Source: Octopus vulgaris (lineage: Eukaryota). Taken from it: DNA of 64,000 nucleotides. A model generated the notes under the pieces. It was given only the letters and a program-made list of their open reading frames with translations. It searched no databases and was not told where the DNA came from. Position 1 is the stretch's first letter; each line of letters starts with the position of its first letter. The translations under genes and the position numbers were made by a program. Below are positions 39,004 to 53,215 of the stretch, one piece after another. The stretch spans positions 166,470,001 to 166,534,000 of the forward strand of contig OX597817.1 in NCBI GenBank assembly GCA_951406725.2. Direction: 5' to 3'.

Positions 39004-39994
39004 ACAGTGCGTTTGTATGTGTGCGTGTATGTGTGTCTGTGTGTATGTGTTTGTGTGTGTCTGTGTGTGTATGTGTGTGTCTGTGTGTGTGTGTATACTT
39101 ATATGTGTACTTTTGTCTGGTCGCAGGAATCTTATGTTTCTTTCTCAGTTGTCATGTCTGAGACTGTTGTTGTTAGTTATATCCACATCCCGACTGTTTT
39201 ATATTCAGGTCAGTAGGGAACATTGCTGTATCCTTTATACCAATATAATCCCCTTTGTAGACTGCGAAGTCATCTTCACATTCTAAATCAGTCCTCTGGG
39301 ATAGCTTTGTTACTATATATATACATGTATGTATGTATGTATGTATGTATGTATGTATGTATGTATGTATGTATGTATGTATGTATGTGTGTGTATGTAT
39401 GTATGTATGTATGTATGTATGTATGTATGTATGTATGCATGCATGTATGTATGTATTTATGTATGTATGTATGTATGTATGCATGCATGTATGTATGTAT
39501 GTATGTATGTATGCATGTATGTATGTATGTATATTTGTATGTATGCATGTATGTATGTATGTATGTATGTACGTATGTATGTATGTGTGCATGCATGTGT
39601 GTATATACGTACGTATGTATGTACATTTGAGAATATTTATGTATGTAAATAGATAGACAGATATAACTATATATGTATGTATGTGTATGAGCGCGTGAAT
39701 GCATGTATATATATATATATATATATATGTGTGTATGTGTGTGTGTGTGTGTGAGTGTATATTTATGTGTTTATATATAATATACACATACATATATATG
39801 TATATATTTATGTGTGTAAGTATATTTATATGTGCACATAAATAATATATATCGAACACGCATTCACAAGGTATGTGTTTTGCTATCTTGTGGGCTGGCT
39901 GCGATTATAGGCTTAAGAGAATATATTCTCATCAGTTAGAGAATATTCTCTTACGCCTATTATTGCTGCCTGCTATGATTTAAAAATATAGATA

Positions 39995-40662
39995 TATTGG
40001 GTTGGCAACTAAGTTCCCGCGGTTTTTTTAATTAAAATTTTTTAAAAGGTTTAATAAAAAAAATAACAACTAATTAATCAATAATGTATTCACCCTTGTT
40101 GTTTATAACTTCTTCCCAACGTTTAACAATATTTTCAATACTTCGTTGTTGTTAGAAATCACTCGATTTCGACTCGAAAAATAGATCCAACCAAGGTCTC
40201 AATTCTGCATCAGTATTGAACGAAACACCGCGCATAGCATTTTAAAGAGATCGAAAGAGGTGGAAATCTGTTGGTTTCAAGTCAGCAGAGTACAACAGGG
40301 GTGGCAGCACTTCCCAGCCATGCGTTTGAATGGCTTCCTTGGTCATATTGGCGATATAAGAGCGGGCGTTGTCGTGCAGCAGAAGTCCATGCTGACGATT
40401 AGGTCTTTCCTCTTGAATAGCCGTGTCAAGTTGTTCCATCCTTTGAACATAGAGTTCCGCGCAATTCGTAATGGATAATCCATTTTCAGTCCCACCATAC
40501 GCACAACATCGTTTTACGTGGATGAAGATCTTGACTCATGCGCGGTGTTGCTTGTTTATGGGGGCTAAGCCATTCCTTACGCTGCTTCATATTGATGTAC
40601 AGGTACCATTTTTCGTCTCCAGTAACGATTCGGTAAAGAAATCGTTGCTTGTGTCCATGAGT
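39995..40662 (-). mobile_element. Decayed mariner, same family as 9605-10601
   Basis: TIR TA-TTGGGTTGGCAACTAAGTTCCC; minus FLYRIVTGDEKW...LHPRKTMLCVWW...LLHDNA...YSADLKPTDFHLFRSL. Confidence 0.9.
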
Positions 40663-40771
40663 TGAGGGGATATTGTTCGCTTGGTTTGTATAAGTTCTAT
40701 TAATTTTTCTACTAGTTCATAGACTCTGGAAAGGGCAGTAGAAAGTGAATTCTATTATATACTATTTATAA

Positions 40772-41170
40772 GGCAGCGAGCTGGCAGAAACGTTAGCACG
40801 TCGGGCGAAATGCTTAGCGGTATTTCGTCTGCCGCTGCGTTCTGAGTTCAAATTCCGCCGAGGTTGACTTTGCCTTTCATCCTTTCGGGGTCGATAAATT
40901 AAGCACCAGTTGCTCACGGGGGTCTATATAATCGACTTAATCCGTTCGCCTGTCCTTGTTTGTCCCCTCTGTATTTAGCCCCTTGTGGGTAGTAAAGAAA
41001 TAGTTATTTCGTTTGTCTTTAAGTTCTGAGTTCAAATTCCGCCGCGGTCGACTTTGCCTTTCATCCTTTCGGGGTTGATAAATTAAGTACCAGCTGCATG
41101 CTGGAGTCGATCTAATCGACTGGTTCCTACCCCCAAAATTTCGGGCCTTGTGTCTAGAGTAGAAAAGATT
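40772..41170 (+). mobile_element. SINE family B dimer inside one 17-bp TSD
   Basis: Two core units; TSD ATTATATAC(T/C)ATTTATA at 40754-40770 and 41168-41184. Confidence 0.85.
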
Positions 41171-41880
41171 ATATACCATTTATATATCTAAAAAAAAACA
41201 TTGAATTTTATGAATCATTTTAGTGGAACTCTTAACCACTCTTAATTTTAGTACAGAAAAAATTTTCACCAGTTCTCTTTTCCTCACATTTTTCCATTAA
41301 TATCCCACATGTGAGACTGAACCTGGAACCATGTGGTTGATAAGCAAGCTATTTACCACACAGCCACTCATATTAAAACGGTGTTTAATTTTACTTTATC
41401 ACAAACAAGATTTTTAAATATAGATTAAATTGTACAAGCGAAACAATAAGAGTATTTAAAAGCAGAAGGACAACCATCCTTAGTATCTGGTTTCAATTTG
41501 CCACGAGAGATTTATTAGGAGACTCGGCAGGAATGATATTAATGTATATTTGCTTTCTTTATATTCGCTGGAGAGTAGACGTACTTCGATATTCAAGATC
41601 GCCTGTCACAATGTAACATATGTATCCCAAATGCTTGCATTCTTCTTCCAGTTCAGAAGATGCTTCTGTTCCTGATACATACAATACAATGTTTCGACTT
41701 GGATTTCATTTATACATACGTACATACATACATACATACATACATACATACATACATACATACGTACGTACGTACATATATACATACATACATACATACA
41801 TACATACATACATACATACATACATACATACATACATACATACATACGTACGTACGTACATATATACATACATACATACA

Positions 41881-41911
<31 letters not shown>

Positions 41912-41914
41912 GAT

Positions 41915-42300
41915 GATGGAAGCACTCCGTCGGTTACGACGACGAGGGTTCCGTTTGATCCGATCAACGGAACAGCCTGCTCGTGAAATTAACGTGTAAG
42001 TGGCTGAGCACTCCACAGACACGTGCACCCTTAACGTAGTTCTCGGGGACATTCAGCGTGACACAGAGAGTGACAAGGCCGGCCCTTTGAAATACAGGTA
42101 CAACAGAAACAGGAAGAAAGAGTGAGAGAAAGTTGTGGTGAAAGAGTACAGCAGGGATCACCACCATCCCCTGCCGGAGCCTCGTGGAGCTTTAGTTGTT
42201 TTCGCTCAATAAACATTCACAACGCCCGGTCTGGGAATCGAAACCGCGATCCTATGACCGCGAGTCCGCTGCCCTAACCACTGGGCCATTGCGCCTCCAC
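41915..42300 (-). mobile_element. SINE family C, full length
   Basis: Close match to 9851-10234. Confidence 0.9.
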
Positions 42301-42590
42301 ATACATACATATATATGTGTGTGTGTGTATGTGTGTGTGTGAGTGCGTGCGTGTGTATGTATGTATGTATATATATATATATATATACATATATATGTAT
42401 ATATATATATATGTGTTTGTGTGTGTATTTCTCTATATATAGCTACAAAATGCATGCGTACATAAATACATTCATTCGTACACGAATACATACATATACA
42501 TACATACATACACACACACACATACATATATATGTACATTTATATCTATATCTATCTCTCTGTCTATCAATCTCTCTATCTATTTATCTC

Positions 42591-42622
<32 letters not shown>

Positions 42623-42624
42623 AA

Positions 42625-42735
<111 letters not shown>

Positions 42736-42946
42736 GTATGTATATATATATATATGTATGTATATATTTATATATGTATGTATATATATATATGTATGTA
42801 TGTATATATATATGTATATATATATATGTATGTATATATGTATGTATGTATATATATATGTATATATATATATATATATGTATATATATGCAAGCTCGTG
42901 TATCGAATGCTTGTATGGACATATGCATCTATCTGCACACATATTT

Positions 42947-43032
<86 letters not shown>

Positions 43033-43111
43033 TATAGAAGGAGATTCTACAGGACTAGAACTGTTTCATACCTGCCTAAATGTATAAATGCCAAAACTAT
43101 TCTTGTCACCT

Positions 43112-43162
43112 AGCTTCCTGATGATTTCTTTTGAATGAAACAGTTCTAGTCCTGTAGAAGCT
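43112..43162 (+). ncRNA. Type I hammerhead ribozyme overlapping a 40-bp inverted repeat (43030-43069 / 43135-43174)
   Basis: AGCTTC-CTGATGA-TTTC(TTTT)GAAT-GAAA-CAG(TTCTAGTC)CTG-TA-GAAGCT; 6-bp stem I, looped stem III, U-U at the base of stem II. Confidence 0.7.
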
Positions 43163-43244
43163 CCTTCTATAAAATAAATTAATTTACTCTGCTATGTATT
43201 GAGTACCTTATTTACTGTGGTTAACCCCGACTCAACCCGGGACC

Positions 43245-43311
<67 letters not shown>

Positions 43312-43739
43312 ATATGATGGAGAAATTATACAAAATGTATAAGTAGATGATGATTAAAACACCGGCACAGTTTCCATTACCTGTTGTTATCCGTAGATGT
43401 ATTGCATATGTATATGCGTGTGTGTGTTTACGTGTATAAGTCCTGGCATATTAGTTGAAAATAGCAATCTGTGACCCATACTTAAAGCAGATAAATCGTT
43501 GAAAGCCCAATTAGCTACAGTGTACGTTCTAAGATAAAAAAAAACATGAAAATATGACTAATAGTTGAAAATGGAGATCAGTGTCACATATGTATCCCAA
43601 ATGCTCGCATTTTTTCTGTTCAGCAATTGCTTCTGGTCTGATACATACAATTCTGAATTCAGTGGTTCATCTTTGATTCCAGTTAAATTATCTGTCTATG
43701 TATGTATATGTGTATGTATGTAAGCATTATGTATGTATG

Positions 43740-43773
<34 letters not shown>

Positions 43774-43803
43774 TGTATGTATGTATGTATGTATGTATGT
43801 ATG

Positions 43804-43854
<51 letters not shown>

Positions 43855-43865
43855 GTATCTATCTC

Positions 43866-43906
<41 letters not shown>

Positions 43907-43928
43907 ATCTATATATATGTCTGCTGAG

Positions 43929-44251
43929 ACCCCCTTTGATCATGACTGACCATGGGATTGCCCCTAGAAAGTTACCCTCCCGGGAACAGGTCTAAGCAAT
44001 GTTGTTTATGAAAGACCAGCAGTCGCCCATGCATACCAGCCTCCACTCTCCACGCCACCGATGTTATCCATGGGAAAGGCAAAGGCCGATACAGCTTGGC
44101 AACTGTGATGTTGCAACTCATTTCTACAGCTGAGTGAACTGCAGCAATGTGAACTCGCAATGTGAACTCGCAGCAATGTGAACTGCAGCAATGTGAACTC
44201 GCAACCTCACGATCGTAAGCTCGACGCTCTAACCTCTGAGTCATGCGCCTT
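43929..44251 (-). mobile_element. SINE family D with internal micro-tandem
   Basis: Matches 862-1198; 44134-44203 replaced by repeats of GCAATGTGAACT. Confidence 0.85.
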
Positions 44252-44287
44252 CACACACACACATACACACATAAACACACATATATA

Positions 44288-44555
44288 AAATACAAAATGG
44301 GACTAGGTGATACAAAAAAGGACAACAAAACATTCAGATAGACGATACAGGAAAACAAGGACGGGTCATTCGAAGCCTTTAATCCTCAGTCAAGAACCGG
44401 AGCATCCTCGCAATTTCGGCTGATTAATCTTGAGATTGCTCCAATCTGGCCAGCCCCAAGGAAAACTAAGCTAAGAGCATTAGATTCCTTGGAATGTATA
44501 CGAAAACAAGGACGGAAAAACAGACGATGTTACACGAATATAAATACAAAAATAC
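44288..44555. repeat. Dispersed repeat shared with 56778-57040 (unclassified)
   Basis: ATACAAAATGGGAC...GATAGACGATACA...CTAAGCTAAGAGCATTAGATTCCTTGGAA in both. Confidence 0.75.
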
Positions 44556-44573
44556 AACAACAACAACAACAAC

Positions 44574-44613
<40 letters not shown>

Positions 44614-44853
44614 GTAATAATAATAATAATAATAAAAGGACATAACAACAGGCGTCTTTCGACTGGGAACGGATTGAATTCAGCTAGCGTGTGTGGAAAT
44701 GAAGCCTTACGGCAGAGGGAAAATTATTGATGTGGCAGACGCAAAAGGGCTAGCAGTTTGGCCTATCGGTCACGCGAGAACAGAAGGTAGAGAAAAAAAG
44801 GAATAAAAGAATTAAGGAGAATGTATATATGTATATATATAGATATATACATA

Positions 44854-45716
<863 letters not shown>

Positions 45717-45768
45717 GAAAAAACAAGTCAAGATAGAAAATGCTAAAATAATTTTATAAAGAACATTT

Positions 45769-45806
45769 CAGTACCGGTTTCGGTCATTTTGAGACCTTTT
45801 CAACTG
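45769..45806 (-). ncRNA. HHR-like fold with non-canonical UUGAAAA core
   Basis: CAG-TTGAAAA-GGTC(TCAAAAT)GACC-GAAA-CCGG-TA-CTG; related decayed copy at ~23290-23324 (+). Confidence 0.4.
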
Positions 45807-46280
45807 TAACGATTAAATAATTAAATTTAGAAAAATTAAAGGAAAAGTTTTTTTTTAAGGAATATATGAATAGTGTTCAAATATAAGTGGCATTCTGCCT
45901 TTCTCTGTCTCCCTTGTTTGCACTTGTGTGTTCGAGGTCGTTGTGTGTGTGTATTATAATAACTATAACAAGGGATTGGCATTATACCTCTACACGCCCT
46001 GAAAATAGAAGCCAAATGACGCCAACAGCACCCTAAAAAAGCTCAAAAAAAAAAAAACATAGGCTGAAGTCGAGCAAAAGAAAGATAATGAACGAAACTT
46101 TTGGTTAAACGTGTACATGATCTCGTTTCAAGCTTAAGGTAAAAAATTATATCTACTGCTATCTTCAGCACTGTTATTCTTTAGCATAAATTTACAAATA
46201 TTTACACATACGTATACGAGCAGCGACTGCGTGCAACAATATACATATACACTTGCAAATATATATACATATACATATAA

Positions 46281-46510
46281 GGCGGCGAGCTGGTAGAAAC
46301 GTTAGCACGCTGGGCGAAATTCGTAGCAGTATTTCGTCTGTCGTTACGTTCCGAGTTCAAATTCCGCCGAGGTCGACTTTGCCTTTCATCCTTTCGGGGT
46401 CGATAAATTAAGTACCAGTTACGCACTGGGGTCGATGTAATCGACTTAATCCCTTTGTCTGTCCTTGTTTGTCCCTTCTATGTTTAGCCCCTTGTGGGTA
46501 GTAAAGAAAT
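46281..46510 (+). mobile_element. SINE family B monomer
   Basis: Close match to 8496-8726; microsatellite-like TSD. Confidence 0.88.
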
Positions 46511-46541
46511 ATATATACATATACATATACATACATATATG

Positions 46542-47110
46542 TACAAGGTCTGATCAATAAGTATCCGGAAGGTTGCCATAATAACGAAGGTAAAGTATGC
46601 AGATTAAAGACGCTCGGCACGTTTTGACCCAGAGCTCTGCTGTGCCTGCGCACTAAGTTGTAACGTTCTAAATCACTTCCGCTGTTTATAGCAGTGCTTG
46701 GAAAGAAAGTGCGTAGCGTGTGATCGTCGCATTGACCATGACAGAGAAAGTTGTCCCGGCGCCAACTGCTCGGGAGGTGGGCTGCGCAGAATTGCAGAAT
46801 GTGTATACACAGGAGTTTATGAGCTCCAAACAAGTGTACGAGTGGTTCAGCCATTTCCAAGATGACCCAAAAAATGTCGATATTGACGTACGTTCTGGGA
46901 GACATGCGTGCATCTGTGAGAAGAAATCGTTGAATCAATATCCATGATTTATTAGATGTGCAGATTAGTTACGGTTCAGTTCAGTCCATTATTACTGAAG
47001 GTTCGGGTAAGAGACGCGTGTCTGCCATGTTTGAGCCAAAACTACTTTCAGCTGACCAACAGGACACTCGGGTTTCAGTTGTACAATATCTCCTTGATTG
47101 TGTCGAGACA
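46542..47110 (+). mobile_element. Mariner 5' half (TIR + decayed HTH region)
   Basis: TACAAGGTCTGATCAATAAGTATCCGG TIR-like start; QVYEWFSHF..DVRSGR; ISYGSVQSII..RRVSAMFEPKLL (WVP-motif relic). Confidence 0.8.
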
Positions 47111-47761
47111 AAATGTAGATCACTGCCTTTTTGTTGTCAAATTTTTAGAGCAAATTTACAACAAAACGAATGCAAAAAGTATATCAACAAGAATGAAAAA
47201 GAGTGAGGTTATTTAACCCAGCTCGCTGCCTTAACGATAATAATAATAGATGTGTTACAACAAACACTTTGCTCAATACCACGAATTTGCTTGTTAGTTG
47301 TTTGACCTCAGCCAGTTGAGCATGACACTTAGTGGCTGACGATATGTGCATCTCTTATCCCGAGCAGGAGTGGTGCAGGAGTATCGTAGCCATGTGTTCA
47401 GAGGAATTCTTTGGGGTTTGAATAATTCACCTCTCTAAACATAGGTGTTTCGTTCAACATCCTTAAACAATCCTTATTCAGGGTCCTTTAAGCAGGATGG
47501 GCTGCTCGACCTGAACAAAAAATTCGAACTGGGTCCCACCTGCAAGGTCATGCGCTATTCATTTTGATATGAGATCACTATGTTGCGCACATATGGTTGT
47601 GATGCATGTGCCTGGTGTAACCTTATCAGACGGGTAGTCACGATGGGCATACTGGGCATCGTATATTTTACCCAAGTGTCACTTTGATGACAAGCATTGC
47701 TCTCTCACTCAATAATAACAACAATAACAGCAACAACAACAACAACAATAATAATAATAAC

Positions 47762-47894
47762 AATCCTTTCTACTATAGGCACAAGACCTGAAGCTTGTGC
47801 GTAGCGGGTAAATCGATCACATCAACCCCAGTACTTGACTGGTACTTAATTTATCGACCTCGAAAGGATAAAAGGCAAAGTCGACTTCGGCGGA

Positions 47895-47896
<2 letters not shown>
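47762..47896 (-). mobile_element. SINE family B 3' fragment
   Basis: CTGGTACTTAATTTATCGACCTCGAAAGGATAAAAGGCAAAGTCGAC. Confidence 0.75.
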
Positions 47897-47943
<47 letters not shown>

Positions 47944-48267
47944 TAATAATAATAATAGTGACAGTAATGATGATGATGACGATGCTGGTGTTGATAACGA
48001 TGATGATGATAATAATAATAGAAATAATAATATTGATAACAACAACAACAATACCAACAATTAGTAATGGTAGCAGCAGCCGTTCAAGAATTTTGACCTG
48101 TAGATCTCCATTTCCAGCGACTTCGAGGGTTACCTCCCAGTGGTGTCGGGCGTCAACGAAGAGCCCTCGACTACAAGACGACCAAAGTTTTTTTTTTCCA
48201 GGGTCTGGGATCTTCCGCCCCTAAGCCCTAGACCATCACGTAATCACCCTTACCCGGCTTGTTGCTT

Positions 48268-48272
48268 AACAA

Positions 48273-48309
<37 letters not shown>

Positions 48310-48466
48310 AGAAGAAGAAGAAGAAGAAGAAGAAAAAGGAGGAGGAGGAGGAGGAGGAGGAGGAGGAGGCGGAGGAGGAGAAGAAGAAGAAGAAGAAGGA
48401 GGAGGAGGAGGAGGAGGAGGAGAAGAAGAAGAAGAAGAAGGAGATGAAGAAGAAGAAGAAGAAGGA

Positions 48467-48528
<62 letters not shown>

Positions 48529-48550
48529 AGAAGAAAAAGAAGAAGAAGAG
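48268..48550. repeat. Compound (GCA)n(GAA)n(GGA)n tract
   Basis: Direct reading. Confidence 0.95.
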
Positions 48551-49589
48551 TAGGATTCGAATCAACAAGAAAAAACGAAAACTACATAAAAAAGAATGAT
48601 AAAACAATACCACCACCATCATCTTCGCAACATCGACAACAATAACAACAAAAATAACAAATATTACCAATAAAAAACGAAAGCTACAACAACTTACAGT
48701 AACAACAAAAACAACAACAACAACAACACTAAAACTGCAGCTAAAACAGTAAATAATAGGTTAATAGGGACTGGTAAATTTGAAATAAAAAAAAATCGAA
48801 ATAAATATGTAAAAATGTAAGTTAAATTACAAGGAAAGAGCAAAAACGAAAAACAAGAACTGCAACAGGCCCACGGAGATTCTCTACCGTCGAAAGTTTG
48901 GTCACATGTTGAGAAAAACAGATGTGACGAGAAGTAAGCAGATCTCGCGAGATTGTTCCCCAAGGAACGAATATGGACGCCTTTAGTCACGCTGTCTTAA
49001 GCTGAAAAGCTGAACTTCGCTGCTGCTCAAACACTTGACAGATTTTCTAACTTTTCTCTATTTAATTGTGTAAAGACAATCTTGACTGTTGTTGTAGGCA
49101 GAGGCAAAGGAAGAGATTGAGAGAGCAGCATAAGGAGGGAAATTGAGAAGTGGAGGTGGTGGTGGTGGTGGTGGTGGTGGTGGTGAATCCAAGAAAGAAA
49201 TCTAGCTTTGGGTTGCTTTTAAATTGTATGTATGTATCTATGTATTTCGCAATGTATGTATCTACGTGTGGTGATGCGTGCGGAGCTAAGTGTGTACGTA
49301 TGTATGAAAGTGTATATCTATGTGCATCTGTATATGCGCATATGTCCATGAGCATAATTCTTTTGTATGTCTTCATCTGCATAATTGAGTGTATTAATGC
49401 ATGTACTTATTTATGCATATATATATGCCTATATATATATATATATATATACACATATATACATGTATATTCGCTTCAGCAATGTAACCGCACACGTGTT
49501 GTTTGCATATTCTTTTCCTTCTTTGGACCTCTCATTTTCTCCCTTCCGACGAAGAGTTATGCTGAAACGTAAACCTCTCTCTCTCTCCA

Positions 49590-49633
<44 letters not shown>

Positions 49634-49634
49634 G

Positions 49635-49715
<81 letters not shown>

Positions 49716-49895
49716 ATATATATATATATATACGTGGCCTAGTGGTTTGGGTGTTGCATTCACTGTCACTTGATCATGGATTCGATTCTCGGATCGAGTG
49801 GTGCGTTGCGTTCATGGGCAAATCCCCGATCATCTCGACGCCTGGCATATGGCACACTTGTGCACCTGCTATAAGCAATTCACTTGTTCAATTCG

Positions 49896-50236
49896 TTAGG
49901 TTGCTTCCAGCTCGTAAGGACATTTTCGGATCTAATCGATGAATGGAGTATCCCATGCTTGCAGCAGGTGGCGTTTGAAATGGAGGCAGGGGCTCTAAAT
50001 CTCATGTTTGGGAATTTAATAATCTTGATTCTAGGGTGTCATTGAGGATCCTAGCTCGCTCAGCTATCGAAAGCTTGTGGCGTGTGCCCCTGTTTATATA
50101 GGATTCCACGATTATTAAATCCCAGACATTATATTTATAGCTTTTGGCTCCATTGCAAATGCTACCTGCTGCAAGCATAGGTTTCCTTATTCATCGATTA
50201 GATCCGAAAAGTCCTTACAAACAGGAAGAAACTTAA
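49896..50236. repeat. Inverted repeat with ~90-bp imperfect arms and ~160-nt spacer
   Basis: GTAAGGACATTTTCGGATCTAATCGATGAAT...ATGCTTGCAGCAGGT / ACCTGCTGCAAGCAT...ATTCATCGATTAGATCCGAAAAGTCCTTAC. Confidence 0.85.
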
Positions 50237-50466
50237 GGGCGGAGTTCTCTGTTCGCCATTTTAACGCATAAGGACTGTCAATTAAAGTAGTTTAAGGGCG
50301 ATAAACAGTCCTGGACGCCCCAGATGGTTTGTTCTTTGTTTACCAACTCACTGTAACAGGATTCTACCTCCACAATTTGAAGAGTCTGACGAGCCATCCA
50401 TAAAGCTAAGAGCTGTATGGACGATAAACCATTGGTCACTCTATGACCGGACATATACTCAACCGC

Positions 50467-50568
<102 letters not shown>

Positions 50569-51322
50569 GACAGGCGTCCGCACAGTTTCCGTCTGCCAAA
50601 TACATTCACGTGGCATTATTCGACTCGGGGCCGGAGGGGGACACATTTGACCAAGATGCTGCAGAGTGGGACTAAAATTGAAAGCATTTCGTTGCAAAAT
50701 AAGCGTCTTGAACGCACAACTTTGCCTCTGCCTATATATAGAGAGATAGCGTTAGCTAGAATGTGGAGACTGAATAAAAAATAAAACAAAAAAAAGACAG
50801 AACGAATCTCTATAATAAATAGATGTCTTGGGAAATACATAAATACATGACCTGAAATGAGTAATCCTAGTCACTGCACACATATTATGTAGAGTACCGT
50901 CAATAAAACAGAAGATATAAACCTAAAGAAAACACTTCAGATACCCAAGGCACACAGACCATTTCTCTGTAATCCAATGAACGCACGCAATAGAAATAAG
51001 ATTGCAGTAAAGCTATATATTTTCTTTCTGTCATTTTGAATAATTGAACAAATATTTCATGTTATGTTTTACTACAAAGCATTGTAATATTTATTTATTT
51101 TAGTTTGCTTTTATCGCTTCGTGGTAGGCATTGTTGTGCAGTTGAGAAGCTCGCTTTGAGCAAATAGCTTCTGTAATAGTTCTTCGGCTGACCGATACCC
51201 TGTGAGTAAATTTGGCAGATGGTAAGTGTGTGGAAGCTCGGAGTATAAATGTGCGTGCGTATCTTTGTGCTTGTTCCCCAACAGCGCAGGCGCGGCTGTG
51301 TCTTAAGAAGTTTGCTTCCCAA

Positions 51323-53215
51323 GGCGGCGAGCTTGCAGAAACGTTAGCACGCCGAGGGAAATGCGTAGCCGCATTTCGTCTGCCGTTACATTCTGAGTTC
51401 AAATTCCGCCTAAGCCCACCTTGCCTTTCATCCTTTCAGGTTCGATAAATTGAAGTACCAGTTACGCACTGGGGTCGATGTAATCGACTTAATCTGTTTG
51501 TCTGTCCTTGTTTGTCCTCTCTGTGTTTAGCCCCTTGTGGGTAGTAAAGAAATAGGTATTTCGCCTGCCGTTACGTTCTGAGTTCAAATTCCGCCGAAGT
51601 CCACCTTGCCTTTCATCCATTCGGGGTCGATAAATTAAGTACCAGTTACGCACTGGGGTCGATGTAATCGACTTAATCCGTTTGTCTGTCCTTGTTTGTC
51701 CTCTCTGTGTTTAACCCCTTGTTGGTAGTAAAGAAATAGGTATTTCGTCTGCCGTTACATTCTGAGTTCAAATTCCGCCAATGTCAACTTTGCCTTTCAT
51801 CCTTTCGGGGTCGATAAATTGAAGTACCAGTTACGCACTGGGGTCGATGTAATCGACTTAATCCGTTTGTCTGTCCTTGTTTGTCCTCTCTGTGTTTAAC
51901 CCCTTGTTGGTAGTAAAGAAATAGGCATTTCGTCTGCCGTTACGTTCTGAGTTCAAATTCCGCCGAGGTCGACTTGGCCTTTCATCCTTTCGGGGTCGAT
52001 AACTTGAAGTACCAGTTACGCACTGGGGTCGATGTAATCGACTTAATCCGTTTGTCTGTCCTTGTTTGTCCCCCTCTGTGTTTAACCCCTTGTGGGTAGT
52101 AAAGAAATAGGTATTTCGTCTGCCGTTACGTTCTGAGTTCAAATTCCGCCGAAGTCCACCTTGCCTTTCATCCTTTCGGGGTCGATAAATTGAAGTACCA
52201 GTTACGCACTGGGGTCGATGTAATCGACTTAATCCGTTTGTCTGTCCTTGTTTGTCCCCCTCTGTGTTTAGCCCCTTGTGGGTAGTAAAGAAATAGGTAT
52301 TTCGTCTGCCGTTACGTTCTGAGTTCAAATTCCGCCGAGGTCGACTTTGCCTTTTATACTTTCGGGGTCGATTAAATAAGTACCAGTTACACACTGGGGT
52401 CGATGTAATCGACTTAATCCATTTGTCTGTCCTTGTTTGTCCTCTCTGTGTTTAGCCCCTTGTGGGTAGTAAAGAAATAGGCATTTCGTCTGCCGTTACG
52501 TTCTGAGTTCAAATTCCGCCGAGGTCGACTTTGCCTTTTATACTTTCGGGGTCGATTAAATAAGTACCAGTTACACACTGGGGTCGATGTAATCGACTTA
52601 ATCCATTTGTCTGTCCTTGTTTGTCCTCTCTGTGTTTAACCCCTTGTGGGTAGTAAAGAAATAGGCATTTCGTCTGCCGTTACGTTCTGAGTTCAAATTC
52701 CGCCGAGGTCGACTTTGCCTTTTATACTTTCGGGGTCGATAACTTGAAGTACCAGTTACGCACTGGGGCCGATGTAATCGACTTAATCCGTTTGTCTGTC
52801 CTTGTTTGTCCCCTCTGTGTTTAGCCCCTTGTGGGTAGTAAAGAAATAGGCATTTCGTCTGCCGTTACGTTCTGAGTTCAAATTCCGCCGAGGTCGACTT
52901 TGCCTTTCATCCTTCGGGGTCGATTAAATAAGTACCAGTTACGCACTGGGGCCGATGTAATCGACTTAATCCGTTTGTCTGTCCTTGTTTGTCCTCTCTG
53001 TATTTAACCCCTTGTGGGTAGTAAAGAAATAGGCATTTCGTCTGCCGTTACGTTCTGAGTTCAAATTCCGCCGAGGTCGACTTTGCCTTTTATACTTTCG
53101 GGGTCGATTAAATAAGTACCAGTTACACACTGGGGTCGATGTAATCGACTTAATCCATTTGTCTGTCCTTGTTTGTCCCCCTCTGTGTGTAGCCCCTTGT
53201 GGGTAATAAAGAAAT
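51323..53215 (+). mobile_element. SINE family B concatemer: one head plus 10 tandem ~186-bp units, nested in SINE A
   Basis: GTTCAAATTCCGCC occurs 10 times; TSD TAAGAAGTT(T/C)GCTTCCCA at 51304-51321 and 53215-53232. Confidence 0.93.

Noticed and set aside
48140-48553. Poly-A/E/G ORF
   Set aside because: Trinucleotide tract with no recognisable domain
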